Positions 7,276-16,577 of a stretch of DNA of 59,567 bases are shown here, piece after piece. The stretch is from positions 1 through 59,567 of IMG/VR virus record IMGVR_UViG_3300030059_001596. One strand, 5' to 3'. The translations under genes were made by a program, and so were the position numbers. The stretch comes from a virus (lineage: Duplodnaviria > Caudoviricetes). The first letter of the stretch is position 1. The number at the start of each line of letters is the position of its first letter. A model generated the notes under the pieces. It saw only the letters and a list, made by a program, of their open reading frames with translations, ran no database searches and had not been told where the DNA came from.

Positions 7276-7493
7276 CTGATAAAATATACATAGACAACTC
7301 ACAATTCATGGAGTTAGTGAGCGACTTAGCTACTCAGATAGTTGAGAAGGCATTTGGTGATGACACTTACATCCTCATTAAGTATGGCGAAACAGCGTTC
7401 AGTGAAGATGCACAAGACTACTACAACGATAAGTACGATGAATACGAGATAATGTTTAATACAATAGCAAATATATATAGCAATAATGAATAA
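7272..7493 (+). CDS. Very acidic hypothetical protein
   Basis: 73 aa, D/E/Y-rich; ATGA overlap. Confidence 0.7.
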   Translation: MTDKIYIDNSQFMELVSDLATQIVEKAFGDDTYILIKYGETAFSEDAQDYYNDKYDEYEIMFNTIANIYSNNE

Positions 7494-7656
7494 GGAATTG
7501 AATGAGTCGATAGAGGTGGTAGGAGGTTACGTATATCTACACAGCGTAGATGAGTGCGGAGATTGTGTGAAATCATTGGGATTAATTACTGAAATGTCCG
7601 ACCAAGAGATAGAGTATTACGAACTATTTCCATATTTTAAAACAAAAACAAAATGA
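7486..7656 (+). CDS. 56-aa acidic hypothetical protein (not in ORF track)
   Basis: MNKELNESIEVVGGYVYLHSVDECGDCVKSLGLITEMSDQEIEYYELFPYFKTKTK*; ATGA overlap with 7653. Confidence 0.65.
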   Translation: MNKELNESIEVVGGYVYLHSVDECGDCVKSLGLITEMSDQEIEYYELFPYFKTKTK

Positions 7657-7937
7657 ATAGAGAAATATACAATACAGTGCTTATCCATACAGCGAGATCA
7701 TGGGAAAGAGTACGTTTGGAACAACCAAACGAAGAGATGCCTTACGACAATATCGAGTCGGTATATGAGATAGAGTGCATCGCTACAACCATATACAATG
7801 ACAAGGTTATTCAGGGGTTCATTAAAGGCGAAGGATGTCACAGTGCATATTGGTTTCACAATACTAAGGAAGGTATGAGTGATACCTACATAGAGAGCAG
7901 AGCAGTTGACCTTATTAAAAAAGAAATATTAAATTAA
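7653..7937 (+). CDS. Hypothetical protein
   Basis: 94 aa in the early array. Confidence 0.7.
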   Translation: MNREIYNTVLIHTARSWERVRLEQPNEEMPYDNIESVYEIECIATTIYNDKVIQGFIKGEGCHSAYWFHNTKEGMSDTYIESRAVDLIKKEILN

Positions 7938-7938
7938 A

Positions 7939-8286
7939 ATGAAATACGAAACAACAAACAAATTAATAGCAGAATTTATGGGGTATCAAGTAGTCGATAG
8001 CCCTAAAGTAATTAATGGGGAGAATTTCTTTGAGTATTTAGATAAAAATGGCGTGTATACTTATTGCGAGTCTTTATTGAGATATAATGACAAATGGGAT
8101 TGGTTGATGCCAGTAGTAGGTGAGATAGAGAGCAGAGGATATTGGTTCAATAGGATTATTGGAGATGTAACTATCGTGGACGATAACGGAGTTATAGTAA
8201 TTAGCACTCCTTACTCAGTCGGAGGGCATGACATGTATTACAAAGCAGTAGTAGAATTTATTAAAACATACAACGATGAACAATAA
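7939..8286 (+). CDS. Phage protein of NKLIAEFMG/WDWLMPVV family, paralog 1
   Basis: Shares three blocks with the next gene. Confidence 0.8.
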   Translation: MKYETTNKLIAEFMGYQVVDSPKVINGENFFEYLDKNGVYTYCESLLRYNDKWDWLMPVVGEIESRGYWFNRIIGDVTIVDDNGVIVISTPYSVGGHDMYYKAVVEFIKTYNDEQ

Positions 8287-8575
8287 CAAACTAATAGCAG
8301 AATTTATGGGGATGGATTCATTCAAGGATTCATTAGCCTCACTACATCAAGGAAAGATAAACGTAGATGTAGATGTGTATGAACAAGCACAATACCATAC
8401 CTCATGGGATTGGTTGATGCCAGTAGTACAGAAGATATTTGGACTTGCGGTAGCAGATGAGAACATAGAATTGTTTTATGATGTTCAAACCCATATACCC
8501 GATAAGACCGCAACATACAATGCAGTAGTAGAATTTATTAAAACATACAACGATGGACAAAGAGAAAACAATTAA
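8276..8575 (+). CDS. Phage protein of NKLIAEFMG/WDWLMPVV family, paralog 2
   Basis: NKLIAEFMG, WDWLMPVV and AVVEFIKTYND identical to paralog 1. Confidence 0.8.
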   Translation: MNNNKLIAEFMGMDSFKDSLASLHQGKINVDVDVYEQAQYHTSWDWLMPVVQKIFGLAVADENIELFYDVQTHIPDKTATYNAVVEFIKTYNDGQRENN

Positions 8576-8753
8576 GAACCAAGCTAAGGTTATTAAGGAA
8601 CTTTGGAGCGAACTACAAGCGTTAAAAAGGGTGCTTATAGACGATCATCCATTAACATGGCGTGAAATAAACATGAACAAAACTTGCGAGGGGTATACTA
8701 ATTATGTATCTTGCGAGTTCAAACAATACTTAAATGAAAAAAGAAATATTTAA
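8553..8753 (+). CDS. Hypothetical protein
   Basis: 66 aa, overlapping its neighbours. Confidence 0.6.
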   Translation: MDKEKTIKNQAKVIKELWSELQALKRVLIDDHPLTWREINMNKTCEGYTNYVSCEFKQYLNEKRNI

Positions 8754-9027
8754 TAGATATGCTATCGCGGTAGCTAAAGAGTTTCACCTTAGTGTAGATG
8801 AAATGTTCGAAGGCTCAAGAGCGAGGGAGTGTGTAGACGCAAGGTTTTTATTGTATTATTTGTGCATGGAAAGACCTATACGCACCTCATATATACAGAG
8901 ATACCTTAAAGAAAAAGGGTTGGATATATGTCACTCTACTATCCTTCATGGATATAAAAAAGCTAAGGCTTTGGTAGAGTCTGATCCCGACTATAAAAAT
9001 TTAGCGAAACAAATTTCTCGTGTATAG
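8734..9027 (+). CDS. DnaA C-terminal-like HTH protein
   Basis: SRARECVDARFLLYYL...HSTILHGYKK resembles DnaA domain IV (R...ARQIAMYL...DHSTVIHA). Confidence 0.75.
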   Translation: MKKEIFNRYAIAVAKEFHLSVDEMFEGSRARECVDARFLLYYLCMERPIRTSYIQRYLKEKGLDICHSTILHGYKKAKALVESDPDYKNLAKQISRV

Positions 9028-9424
9028 CTATGCTGACCTTTACCATCAAGCTATAAAAGATAGAGGATCTTGTTACAGAAGGGATAACAACAAAGAGTCC
9101 TTGCTTTCCTACGGCATGATGCTTCATAAGTATAAAGACCTTATCACTATTCTAAATACAACTAAGACTGGGGGATATTATGTTGACGCTACTTCCGAAG
9201 AGTTAGAATATCTCTTCACTCATGGGTGGAAGAAGGGTGTGCTTATGATAGCCATAAATAACTACACGAGGAAATTAGATGTCATCGAGTTCAAAATACA
9301 GAACGAGATGAACACTCGTAAGAACGATAAGTTTATTCGCGGGTTAAAAAACTCACGAGATAAACTACTACTAAAATATACTAAACGCAAATCAGAATTA
9401 AAATTAATTAAAGATGAAAAATAA
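9020..9424 (+). CDS. Hypothetical protein
   Basis: 134 aa, GTG start, basic C-terminal coiled-coil. Confidence 0.65.
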   Translation: MYSYADLYHQAIKDRGSCYRRDNNKESLLSYGMMLHKYKDLITILNTTKTGGYYVDATSEELEYLFTHGWKKGVLMIAINNYTRKLDVIEFKIQNEMNTRKNDKFIRGLKNSRDKLLLKYTKRKSELKLIKDEK

Positions 9425-10013
9425 TATTTACAAACAACTATCCTCTATTGATATCAAAGGTAAAGTAGAGAAGAAAGGTAAGCACGACTATATGTCTTGG
9501 GCTACCGCATGGCATTTAATCAAGAGTGAATACCCTGAAGCACAGCGTAAGGTATACGAGTGTGAAGAGACTGGGTTAAACTTCTTTACCGATGGAAGAA
9601 CGGCATACGTAAAGGTCGGCATCATTATCGAGGGCGTGGAACATGTAGACTACCTACCCGTTATGGACTTTAGAAACAAGTCTATCCTCTTGGATAAGGT
9701 TACCTCTATGGACATCAACACTACGATACAGAGGTCTACCGCTAAAGCTATAGCCATGCATGGTTTAGGATTAAGTTTATGGATCGGTGAGGACTTGAAC
9801 AAAGTTATCTCTGAGCCTATGTCTACTCCAAAAAAGGTGGAGAAAACACCCCCTTTAAACTTAGTTTTGGATATAGGTGATGAGAATTGGGCGAAAGTTC
9901 TTAAGTTTGTAGGCGCTAATAAAGAGCTTGGGTTACCAAAAATCGTCAAGACTTTAGAGCAGAAGTATAGCATCAAGGCTATGGTAAAAAAGGAATTAAG
10001 TAAGCACGTATGA
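9414..10013 (+). CDS. Single-strand annealing protein, Sak/Rad52-like (DUF1071-type)
   Basis: LSSIDI..KVEKKG...YMSWATAW, LPVMDFRN, INTTIQRSTAKAIAMHGLGLSLW.GEDL. Confidence 0.85.
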   Translation: MKNNIYKQLSSIDIKGKVEKKGKHDYMSWATAWHLIKSEYPEAQRKVYECEETGLNFFTDGRTAYVKVGIIIEGVEHVDYLPVMDFRNKSILLDKVTSMDINTTIQRSTAKAIAMHGLGLSLWIGEDLNKVISEPMSTPKKVEKTPPLNLVLDIGDENWAKVLKFVGANKELGLPKIVKTLEQKYSIKAMVKKELSKHV

Positions 10014-10750
10014 TGAAAGAGATCCTTGCAAAGCTACAGATAGATGAGCATTATTATGGAGAGTTCGGTCAGCAATGGCTATCCAACTCCAATATATATA
10101 CTCTTCTAAACGAGCCACACCTCTTTGGTAAATCTAAAGAGATGACTAAAGCTATGCTTATTGGGAGGTACTTCCATACAGCCATGCTTGAGCCTGAGAA
10201 GTTATCTTCCTCTGAGTTCACCTCTATAGACTCTGGCAGTCGCAACACTAAGATATATAAAGATGCTCTCAACGAAGAGGGCGCGGGTATACGTATGCTT
10301 ACTAAAGAAAAGGAAGCTACGGACTGCGCTATCTCTAAGATGAAAAGCAATTTAGATTTCTATGATGCGATATACCAAGAGGAGAATACGTTTGAAGTTC
10401 CAGCGGTGACTGAGATTATGGGGTTGAAGTGGAAGGGTAAGGCAGACATTGTTACGCCTGATATCCTCATCGATCTCAAGACCACCTCAAATATCCGAGA
10501 CTTCAAATACTCAGCACGTAAATACAACTACGATAGCCAAGCGTATATCTATCAGCAGTTGTTTGATAAACCTTTGGTGTTCTATGTGGTAGACAAACTC
10601 AGCCTTCAGTTAGGCATCTTCTATCCTTCAGATAACTTCCTCGCCAATGGTAGGGATAAGATTGAGAGAGCTATGGAGGTATACAAGACGTACTTCGCTG
10701 AGGGTTCAACAATAAGTATCGATGATTACATTCATAAAGAAACTCTTTAA
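10010..10750 (+). CDS. PD-(D/E)XK exonuclease, RecE/ExoVIII-like
   Basis: LSNSNI, GRYFHTAMLEPEK, KGKADI...IDLKTT, YDSQAYIY; follows the SSAP. Confidence 0.85.
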   Translation: MMKEILAKLQIDEHYYGEFGQQWLSNSNIYTLLNEPHLFGKSKEMTKAMLIGRYFHTAMLEPEKLSSSEFTSIDSGSRNTKIYKDALNEEGAGIRMLTKEKEATDCAISKMKSNLDFYDAIYQEENTFEVPAVTEIMGLKWKGKADIVTPDILIDLKTTSNIRDFKYSARKYNYDSQAYIYQQLFDKPLVFYVVDKLSLQLGIFYPSDNFLANGRDKIERAMEVYKTYFAEGSTISIDDYIHKETL

Positions 10751-10876
10751 GAGTAAAAACAATAGTGTAGTGTGGTTGAAAGTTCCAACCAACCTTACTA
10801 CACAAGCCGAAAGAGATCGACTCATGGAGGCTACTACAGATAAGTTGGAGCAAATAATTTATAAATCATTTTAATT

Positions 10877-11137
10877 ATGGCAGACGAAAAAATTTATGTC
10901 GGCAATGGTGTCTCTAAGTTTGATGGAGACATAGTAGAGTTTAGTGTAGACCTAAGCAACCCAGGAATCAAAGAACATATGTTCGAGATAGAGGGTAAGA
11001 GTTATATCAAACTCAAGGTGTGCGCTAAGAAAGATGGCGTTGATCAGTATGGTAAGAGCCATTACGTTATGATCGATACTTGGAAGCCAGAAGCTAAGAA
11101 GGAATCTCCAGCTGAGGCGGAGAGTATGCCTTTCTAA
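10877..11137 (+). CDS. Putative single-stranded DNA-binding protein
   Basis: Small beta-rich protein with acidic tail ending PF; lies in the recombination module. Confidence 0.6.
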   Translation: MADEKIYVGNGVSKFDGDIVEFSVDLSNPGIKEHMFEIEGKSYIKLKVCAKKDGVDQYGKSHYVMIDTWKPEAKKESPAEAESMPF

Positions 11138-11157
11138 AGCATAGGACAAGGATAAGG

Positions 11158-11184
11158 AAGGGGACTTCGCGTCCCCTTTTCTTT
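11158..11184 (+). terminator. Intrinsic terminator
   Basis: AAGGGGAC-TTCGC-GTCCCCTT then TTCTTT; stem extendable by ATAGGA/TCCTAT. Confidence 0.85.
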
Positions 11185-11193
11185 CTCCTATCC

Positions 11194-11368
11194 AATGTTA
11201 TAATGGTAAACTACTATCCCTCTTCTACTTCTTATATAAAAAAATCAAATCTATCTCTTCTCTTTTCTCTTTACCCTTACTTTTATATTAACATTTTAAC
11301 ATTAAATAATATAAAGAACTAATAGTTAGAGAGTTAAGTAAAATTAAATTAACATTAAATCAACATAG
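11194..11368. repeat. AT-rich iteron-like element, copy 2; candidate replication origin
   Basis: ATGTTA/ATGGTAA, a pyrimidine tract, TTAACATTTTAACATTAAA (11288-11306), further TTAACAT/TCAACAT; directly upstream of the primase-helicase. Confidence 0.6.
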
Positions 11369-11371
11369 AGT

Positions 11372-13783
11372 ATGTCAAAAGTTACCATATTCAAAGACAT
11401 TAAGGATACAGAGCAGCCTTTCTACCGAGAGGCAGTCGTTATCCTAAGCAGAATTAAAGAAGGATCAAGTAAAGACTTGGTTAAAAAGATCCGACAAGAG
11501 AAAGATAAGTCGGCAAGGAATTTATTAAAGCAGTCTCTTCCCGCTATATGTTTCAGCGGGATGTTCACCAAGAGAACGGACTCTGCTATATCAGAACACA
11601 GTGGTTTAATATGTCTTGACTTTGATGGGTACAAGACTAATAAAGATATGCTCCAAGAGAAGGAGAGGTTGTCTAAGGACAAGCACGTATACTCTGTATT
11701 TATTTCTCCAAGCGGCAATGGGTTAAAGGCATTGGTAAAAATACCAACAGAGGTTGATGACCATAAAAAATACTTTAACTCTTTAGAGGTTCACTTTAAT
11801 AGCCCAAACTTTGATAAGACTTCAAAGAATATCTCGAGGGTTTGTTATGAATCTTACGATCCCCTCATTTATATCAACGAGCTATCCAGTGTATGGGAAA
11901 AGATTGAGGACGTTGAATACCAGGAGGTAGTAAAGTATAAAGACCGCCCGACTATACCTATCACTAACGAGAATAAAATTGTCGAGATCCTTCTCAAGTG
12001 GTGGGATAAAAAGTATGGGATGACAGATGGTGAGCGTAACAACAACGTGTACATATTAGCTTCGGCATTCAATGACTTCGGGGTGAATCAAAACTTAGCC
12101 GAGTACGTCATGGGCAACTATTCTTCTGAAGATTTCCCTTTGGATGAGATCGTTAGAACCATATCGTCTGCGTACTCTCATAAACAAAACTTCGGCACTA
12201 AGTATTACGAGGATGAGGACAAGGTCAACCACATAAAACAAAAGTTTCGTCAAGGTGTAAGCAAGAAAGAATTGAAAGAGCAGTTGGAGAAGGAGGATAT
12301 ATTGGTTGATGATCTCGAGGGGGTTCTTCTTAGGATAGAGGATGAGAACGCTAAGCAAAAGTTCTGGACCAAGTCAGAGAAGGGTGCTATAAGAATTATA
12401 CATATAGAATTTAAAAAATTCTTAGAGGAGAATGGGTTCTATAAATTCAACCCCGAAGGGAGTAAGAACTATGTCTTTGTAAAGGTCACCAATAACCTTA
12501 TCGACCATACTTCAGAGAAAGAAATAAAAGATTTTATCCTAAGCTATTTGTTAGAGGGAGATGACACCAGTATATACAATCACTTCGCTGACCAGACTCG
12601 GTACTTCAGGGAGGAGTTTCTTACACTACTCTCTTCCATAGACGTCTTCTTTATTGAGGATACTCTCGACTCTTCTTATCTTTATTACAGAAATTGTGCT
12701 GTTAAAATTACTAAAGATGAGGTAAGCCCTATAGACTATATAGATTTAGGGGGGTACGTATGGAAGGACCATGTCATAGACAGAAACTTTACCATATGCG
12801 ATGTGGTTACTTGTGATTTCCAAACCTTTGTAAGCAACGTCTCGGGAGGTGATGATAAGAGGACTCGTTCTTTTTTCTCTACCATAGGGTACTTACTTCA
12901 TGGATACAAGAACCTCTCCTACTGTCCAGCTGTTATCCTAAACGATGAGGTTATCTCTGAGAACGGAGATCCCGAGGGAGGAACGGGTAAGGGGTTGTTA
13001 ATGAAGGGCATCTCGGAGATGAAGAAGCTGGTGGTGATAGATGGAAAGTCTTTTGATTTCTCTAAGTCTTTTGCCTACCAATTGGTCTCTGCTGATACCC
13101 AGATACTCTGCTTCGATGACGTCAAGAAATTCTTTGACTTCGAGAGGTTGTTCAGTGTGGTTACGGAAGGTTTAACTTTAGAAAAGAAGAACAAGGACGC
13201 CATCAAGATTCCGTTTAGTAAATCACCGAAGGTAGCTATCACTACCAACTATATAATTAAAGGAAGCGGAAACTCTTTTCAGCGCAGGAAGTGGGAGTTA
13301 GAACTCTCACAGCACTACACTAAAGAGTTCACCCCTTTGGTGGAGTTTGGAAAACATTTCTTTGGAGAGTGGGATGATAACGAGTGGTGCCAGTTCGATA
13401 ACTTTATGATCAGCTGCCTTCAGTTATACTTAGAGAAAGGTTTATTAAAGAGTGAGTTTAAAAATAAAGAATACAAAACATTCTTGCATGCGACTTCAAC
13501 TGATTTCGTAGAGTGGTGTGATATTAAAGACGACTCCAATCAGTTCCTGGTTATGGAGGAGAACATCCACGTAAACCAGTTGTTTTATAACTTCATAGAG
13601 GAGTACCCCGACTACGGGCCTCGGTCTAAGATGACTATCTCTCGCCAACATTTCTTTAAAAACTTAGTGGCCTACAGTGTATATAAGTTTAGATGTAAAC
13701 CTTTAAACGGGAGGGATCAAATAGGTAAATGGATCCAGTTTGTAAACGCAAGTCACTATCTTGAGCAAGGGAAACTACTATGA
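11372..13783 (+). CDS. Primase-helicase (BT4734/VirE-N-like primase domain, PriCT, P-loop helicase)
   Basis: HSGLICLDFD, FISPSGNGLK, GERNN, Walker A GGTGKG, Walker B ILCFDD, AITTN. Confidence 0.88.
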   Translation: MSKVTIFKDIKDTEQPFYREAVVILSRIKEGSSKDLVKKIRQEKDKSARNLLKQSLPAICFSGMFTKRTDSAISEHSGLICLDFDGYKTNKDMLQEKERLSKDKHVYSVFISPSGNGLKALVKIPTEVDDHKKYFNSLEVHFNSPNFDKTSKNISRVCYESYDPLIYINELSSVWEKIEDVEYQEVVKYKDRPTIPITNENKIVEILLKWWDKKYGMTDGERNNNVYILASAFNDFGVNQNLAEYVMGNYSSEDFPLDEIVRTISSAYSHKQNFGTKYYEDEDKVNHIKQKFRQGVSKKELKEQLEKEDILVDDLEGVLLRIEDENAKQKFWTKSEKGAIRIIHIEFKKFLEENGFYKFNPEGSKNYVFVKVTNNLIDHTSEKEIKDFILSYLLEGDDTSIYNHFADQTRYFREEFLTLLSSIDVFFIEDTLDSSYLYYRNCAVKITKDEVSPIDYIDLGGYVWKDHVIDRNFTICDVVTCDFQTFVSNVSGGDDKRTRSFFSTIGYLLHGYKNLSYCPAVILNDEVISENGDPEGGTGKGLLMKGISEMKKLVVIDGKSFDFSKSFAYQLVSADTQILCFDDVKKFFDFERLFSVVTEGLTLEKKNKDAIKIPFSKSPKVAITTNYIIKGSGNSFQRRKWELELSQHYTKEFTPLVEFGKHFFGEWDDNEWCQFDNFMISCLQLYLEKGLLKSEFKNKEYKTFLHATSTDFVEWCDIKDDSNQFLVMEENIHVNQLFYNFIEEYPDYGPRSKMTISRQHFFKNLVAYSVYKFRCKPLNGRDQIGKWIQFVNASHYLEQGKLL

Positions 13784-15012
13784 TGAAATTTAGGGATTAT
13801 CAAACGGATATCATAGAGAAAGCCTCTAAGATTATCTCACGCCATCGCTTTGTATACTTAGCCATGGAGGTGCGTACAGGTAAGACGCTTACGAGTTTAG
13901 GTATAGCGGAGAGGATAGGCATGACTAAGGTTTTATTTATCACGAAGAAGAAGGCTATATCCAGCATCGAGCATGACTATGCGCTTCTCAATCCTTCGTA
14001 TGAATTAACTGTTATAAACTATGAGTCTTTACATAAACTTCCTACCAGGGGGTGGGATCTTATTGTTGCTGACGAGGCTCACGGCATGGGGGCGTTCCCT
14101 AAACCGAGTGGTAGAGCCAAGAGGTTTAAGGAGTTTGTCTTCCACTCCAACCCCTATGTAATCTTCCTCAGCGGCACTCCTACCCCTGAAGCGTACTCAC
14201 AGATGTACCACCAGGTATACTCTATCCCTAACAACCCCTTCCGTAGGCATAAAAGTTTCTATAAGTTTGCCCATGAGTATGTGCATGTAACGAAACTTAA
14301 GGTGGGGGGGATGTTTATCAATGACTACTCGCGTGGCTCTGAACAGATTATCGAAGAGATGAAACCATATACCATACGCTTTACTCAAAAGGACGCGGGG
14401 TTTGTCGTTGATACCCAGGAGCACATCCTGGAGGTGGATATGGCTGACTCTACCAAAGCGATTATAAAGAGACTTAAAAAAGATTTGGTAGTGCAGGGTA
14501 AGGATGAGGTCATCTTGGCTGACACAGCCGTTAAACTGATGACTAAGGTGCATCAGCTATGCAGTGGCACCGTAAAGTTTGAGAGCGGTAACTCTAAAGT
14601 ATTAGATCTTACCAAGGCTAAGTTTATAAAGAAGCATTTCAAGGGTAAGAAGATAGGGGTTTTCTATAAATTCAAGGAAGAGCTCAACGCTTTGAAGGAA
14701 GTCTTTGGTGATGACCTATGTACAGAGTTGCCTGACTTCGCGGACTCGGATAAACACATAGCCTTACAAATTGTAAGTGGGCGCGAGGGTATCTCATTGC
14801 GTCAGGCTGACGCTTTGGTATACTACAACATAGACTTCTCAGCGACAAGCTATTGGCAGTCAAGAGATCGTATGACCACCAAGGATAGATTAAAGAATGA
14901 TGTGTACTGGATCTTCAGTAAAACAGGTATAGAGCACGAGATATATAAGGCTGTCATAAAGAAAAAAGACTACACTCTCAACCATTTCAAGAGAGATTTA
15001 TTAACTTTGTAA
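13780..15012 (+). CDS. SF2 (SNF2-like) helicase
   Basis: FRDYQ, VRTGKT, VADEAH, LSGTP, GREGISL, QSRDR. Confidence 0.9.
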   Translation: MMKFRDYQTDIIEKASKIISRHRFVYLAMEVRTGKTLTSLGIAERIGMTKVLFITKKKAISSIEHDYALLNPSYELTVINYESLHKLPTRGWDLIVADEAHGMGAFPKPSGRAKRFKEFVFHSNPYVIFLSGTPTPEAYSQMYHQVYSIPNNPFRRHKSFYKFAHEYVHVTKLKVGGMFINDYSRGSEQIIEEMKPYTIRFTQKDAGFVVDTQEHILEVDMADSTKAIIKRLKKDLVVQGKDEVILADTAVKLMTKVHQLCSGTVKFESGNSKVLDLTKAKFIKKHFKGKKIGVFYKFKEELNALKEVFGDDLCTELPDFADSDKHIALQIVSGREGISLRQADALVYYNIDFSATSYWQSRDRMTTKDRLKNDVYWIFSKTGIEHEIYKAVIKKKDYTLNHFKRDLLTL

Positions 15013-15014
15013 TA

Positions 15015-15254
15015 ATGACGGAACAACAAATCCAATCCAAGCGCATCAAAGAATTAGAAGCTGAAGGATATTATGTAATTAAATTAATTAAAACAAATAA
15101 GAATGGGATACCGGATCTGGTAGCTATACCTCCTAACTGCGGAGTACTATTCTCCGAAGTAAAAAGACCTAAAGGTAAGCTGTCGAAGTTACAAGAATAT
15201 AGATTACAAGAATTAGAAGCACATGGAGTTAACACAGAAGTATATAGAGGTTAA
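15015..15254 (+). CDS. VRR-NUC family nuclease
   Basis: EQQIQ...GIPDL...FSEVKRPKGKLSKLQ; TAACTTTG box at 15002-15009. Confidence 0.88.
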   Translation: MTEQQIQSKRIKELEAEGYYVIKLIKTNKNGIPDLVAIPPNCGVLFSEVKRPKGKLSKLQEYRLQELEAHGVNTEVYRG

Positions 15255-15597
15255 AGAGTTCGATGTGTCGGATACTTTTTTTGACAGGCTACATGATATG
15301 GGCTTGGAGGAAGCTGTTATTATTTCTAAAGCTATATCGGAAGGCTATATAGAACTGCCTGACGACGAGAAAATTTCTTACACTATCGGCGGGGTGGCGC
15401 AGTTTCCAGATGAGGAAGATATTCCTTTCTCTTTAAAGTTTATTAAAATAGAACACGATGCAGTACTCCTTTCGGACATACAGCTTATCAGTATTGACGA
15501 GTACCTGGATCTCATTAACTTAAATTTATACCTTAAAAAATATGATGAACACACAACGAGTGTCTCTCCTAAAGGAGATAGTAAACCAAGCGTTTGA
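15223..15597 (+). CDS. Acidic hypothetical protein
   Basis: 124 aa; start uncertain. Confidence 0.65.
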   Translation: MELTQKYIEVKEFDVSDTFFDRLHDMGLEEAVIISKAISEGYIELPDDEKISYTIGGVAQFPDEEDIPFSLKFIKIEHDAVLLSDIQLISIDEYLDLINLNLYLKKYDEHTTSVSPKGDSKPSV

Positions 15598-16063
15598 TTT
15601 AAACGTAGACCACAGGTCACGCAAAACAGAATACATTACCGCGAGAGCTATATGTTATAAGATTCTTAAGGACCAATGTGATATGACCTATTCTTTTATA
15701 GGTAGGCAGTTTAATAAAAACCACGCCACGATCTTGCACAGTATTGAAGAGTTCCCTTGGATGGCGAAGGCAGATAAAGATATGGAGAAAACCTATCGAA
15801 AAATCTTAGACAAATGGCTTAGCAAATCTTCTGAGTTCACAGATGTTAACCCTAACTTGTTAAAAAAAGATCTGAGAAAGTTGGAGGAGCAGAATAATCT
15901 TCTTAATTTGGCACTTCTGGAGGTTAAAGACCAGGTCGATGCGTTAAGTAAAGACAACAAAAGGTATCTGTCTTTAATTAAAAAGGTTGAGAAATCTATG
16001 CCTGAAGATAGATTAAAGAGAATGGAAAAAAAAATATACGATATTATAAATGGTTTCATCTGA
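15542..16063 (+). CDS. DnaA C-terminal-like HTH protein with coiled-coil
   Basis: SRKTEYITARAICYKIL...SFIGRQFNKNHATILHS. Confidence 0.78.
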   Translation: MMNTQRVSLLKEIVNQAFDLNVDHRSRKTEYITARAICYKILKDQCDMTYSFIGRQFNKNHATILHSIEEFPWMAKADKDMEKTYRKILDKWLSKSSEFTDVNPNLLKKDLRKLEEQNNLLNLALLEVKDQVDALSKDNKRYLSLIKKVEKSMPEDRLKRMEKKIYDIINGFI

Positions 16064-16301
16064 TTTTAAATACACCGTCTCCGATGTGGAGAAGATAGTA
16101 GACTACTCTACTTGGAGTCTAAAGAAAAAGATAGACACCTTGTTGCATATTGATTGTATTATGTATGCCAACTTGGGTACTGACTCCTCTAAGACAGAAC
16201 GAATGGATACCAAACGTCACTCTCGATTTATCTATAGGGCTATAAAAAAGTTAGATGAAACTTTAGGACGATCTCTTTTAATCTCTGAAGATCAAACGTA
16301 A
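16050..16301 (+). CDS. Hypothetical phage protein
   Basis: 83 aa; KIDTLLHID..MYANLGTDS..SRFIYRAIK. Confidence 0.7.
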   Translation: MVSSDFKYTVSDVEKIVDYSTWSLKKKIDTLLHIDCIMYANLGTDSSKTERMDTKRHSRFIYRAIKKLDETLGRSLLISEDQT

Positions 16302-16489
16302 TGCCGATTAAACCACACAATGAAGTCAGTATACAGCACATTAACTATGTGTCCAATCTGGTACATGATTGTGCTGATACTTTATACGAAGCCCTTATGG
16401 ATCGAGAGTATGACGAAGTTAAGGAGGAGGCTCAGGAACTTATAAAAGTTTTAGCTGACCTTTTAGTTTCCTTATCCGAAGAAACCTAA
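16301..16489 (+). CDS. Hypothetical protein
   Basis: 62 aa; TAATG overlap. Confidence 0.7.
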   Translation: MPIKPHNEVSIQHINYVSNLVHDCADTLYEALMDREYDEVKEEAQELIKVLADLLVSLSEET

Positions 16490-16490
16490 C

Positions 16491-16564
16491 GGTCTCGTAG
16501 CTCAACTGGATAGAGCACCTCCCTTCTAAGGAGGCGGTTTGGGGTTCGAGTCCCTGCGGGATCA
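16491..16564 (+). tRNA. tRNA-Arg (anticodon UCU)
   Basis: Acceptor GGTCTCG/CGGGATC-A; D-arm GCTC-AACTGGATA-GAGC; anticodon arm CCTCC-CTTCTAA-GGAGG; T-loop GTTCGAGTC; CCA not encoded (CAA follows). Confidence 0.93.
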
Positions 16565-16577
16565 CAACTAATCACCC

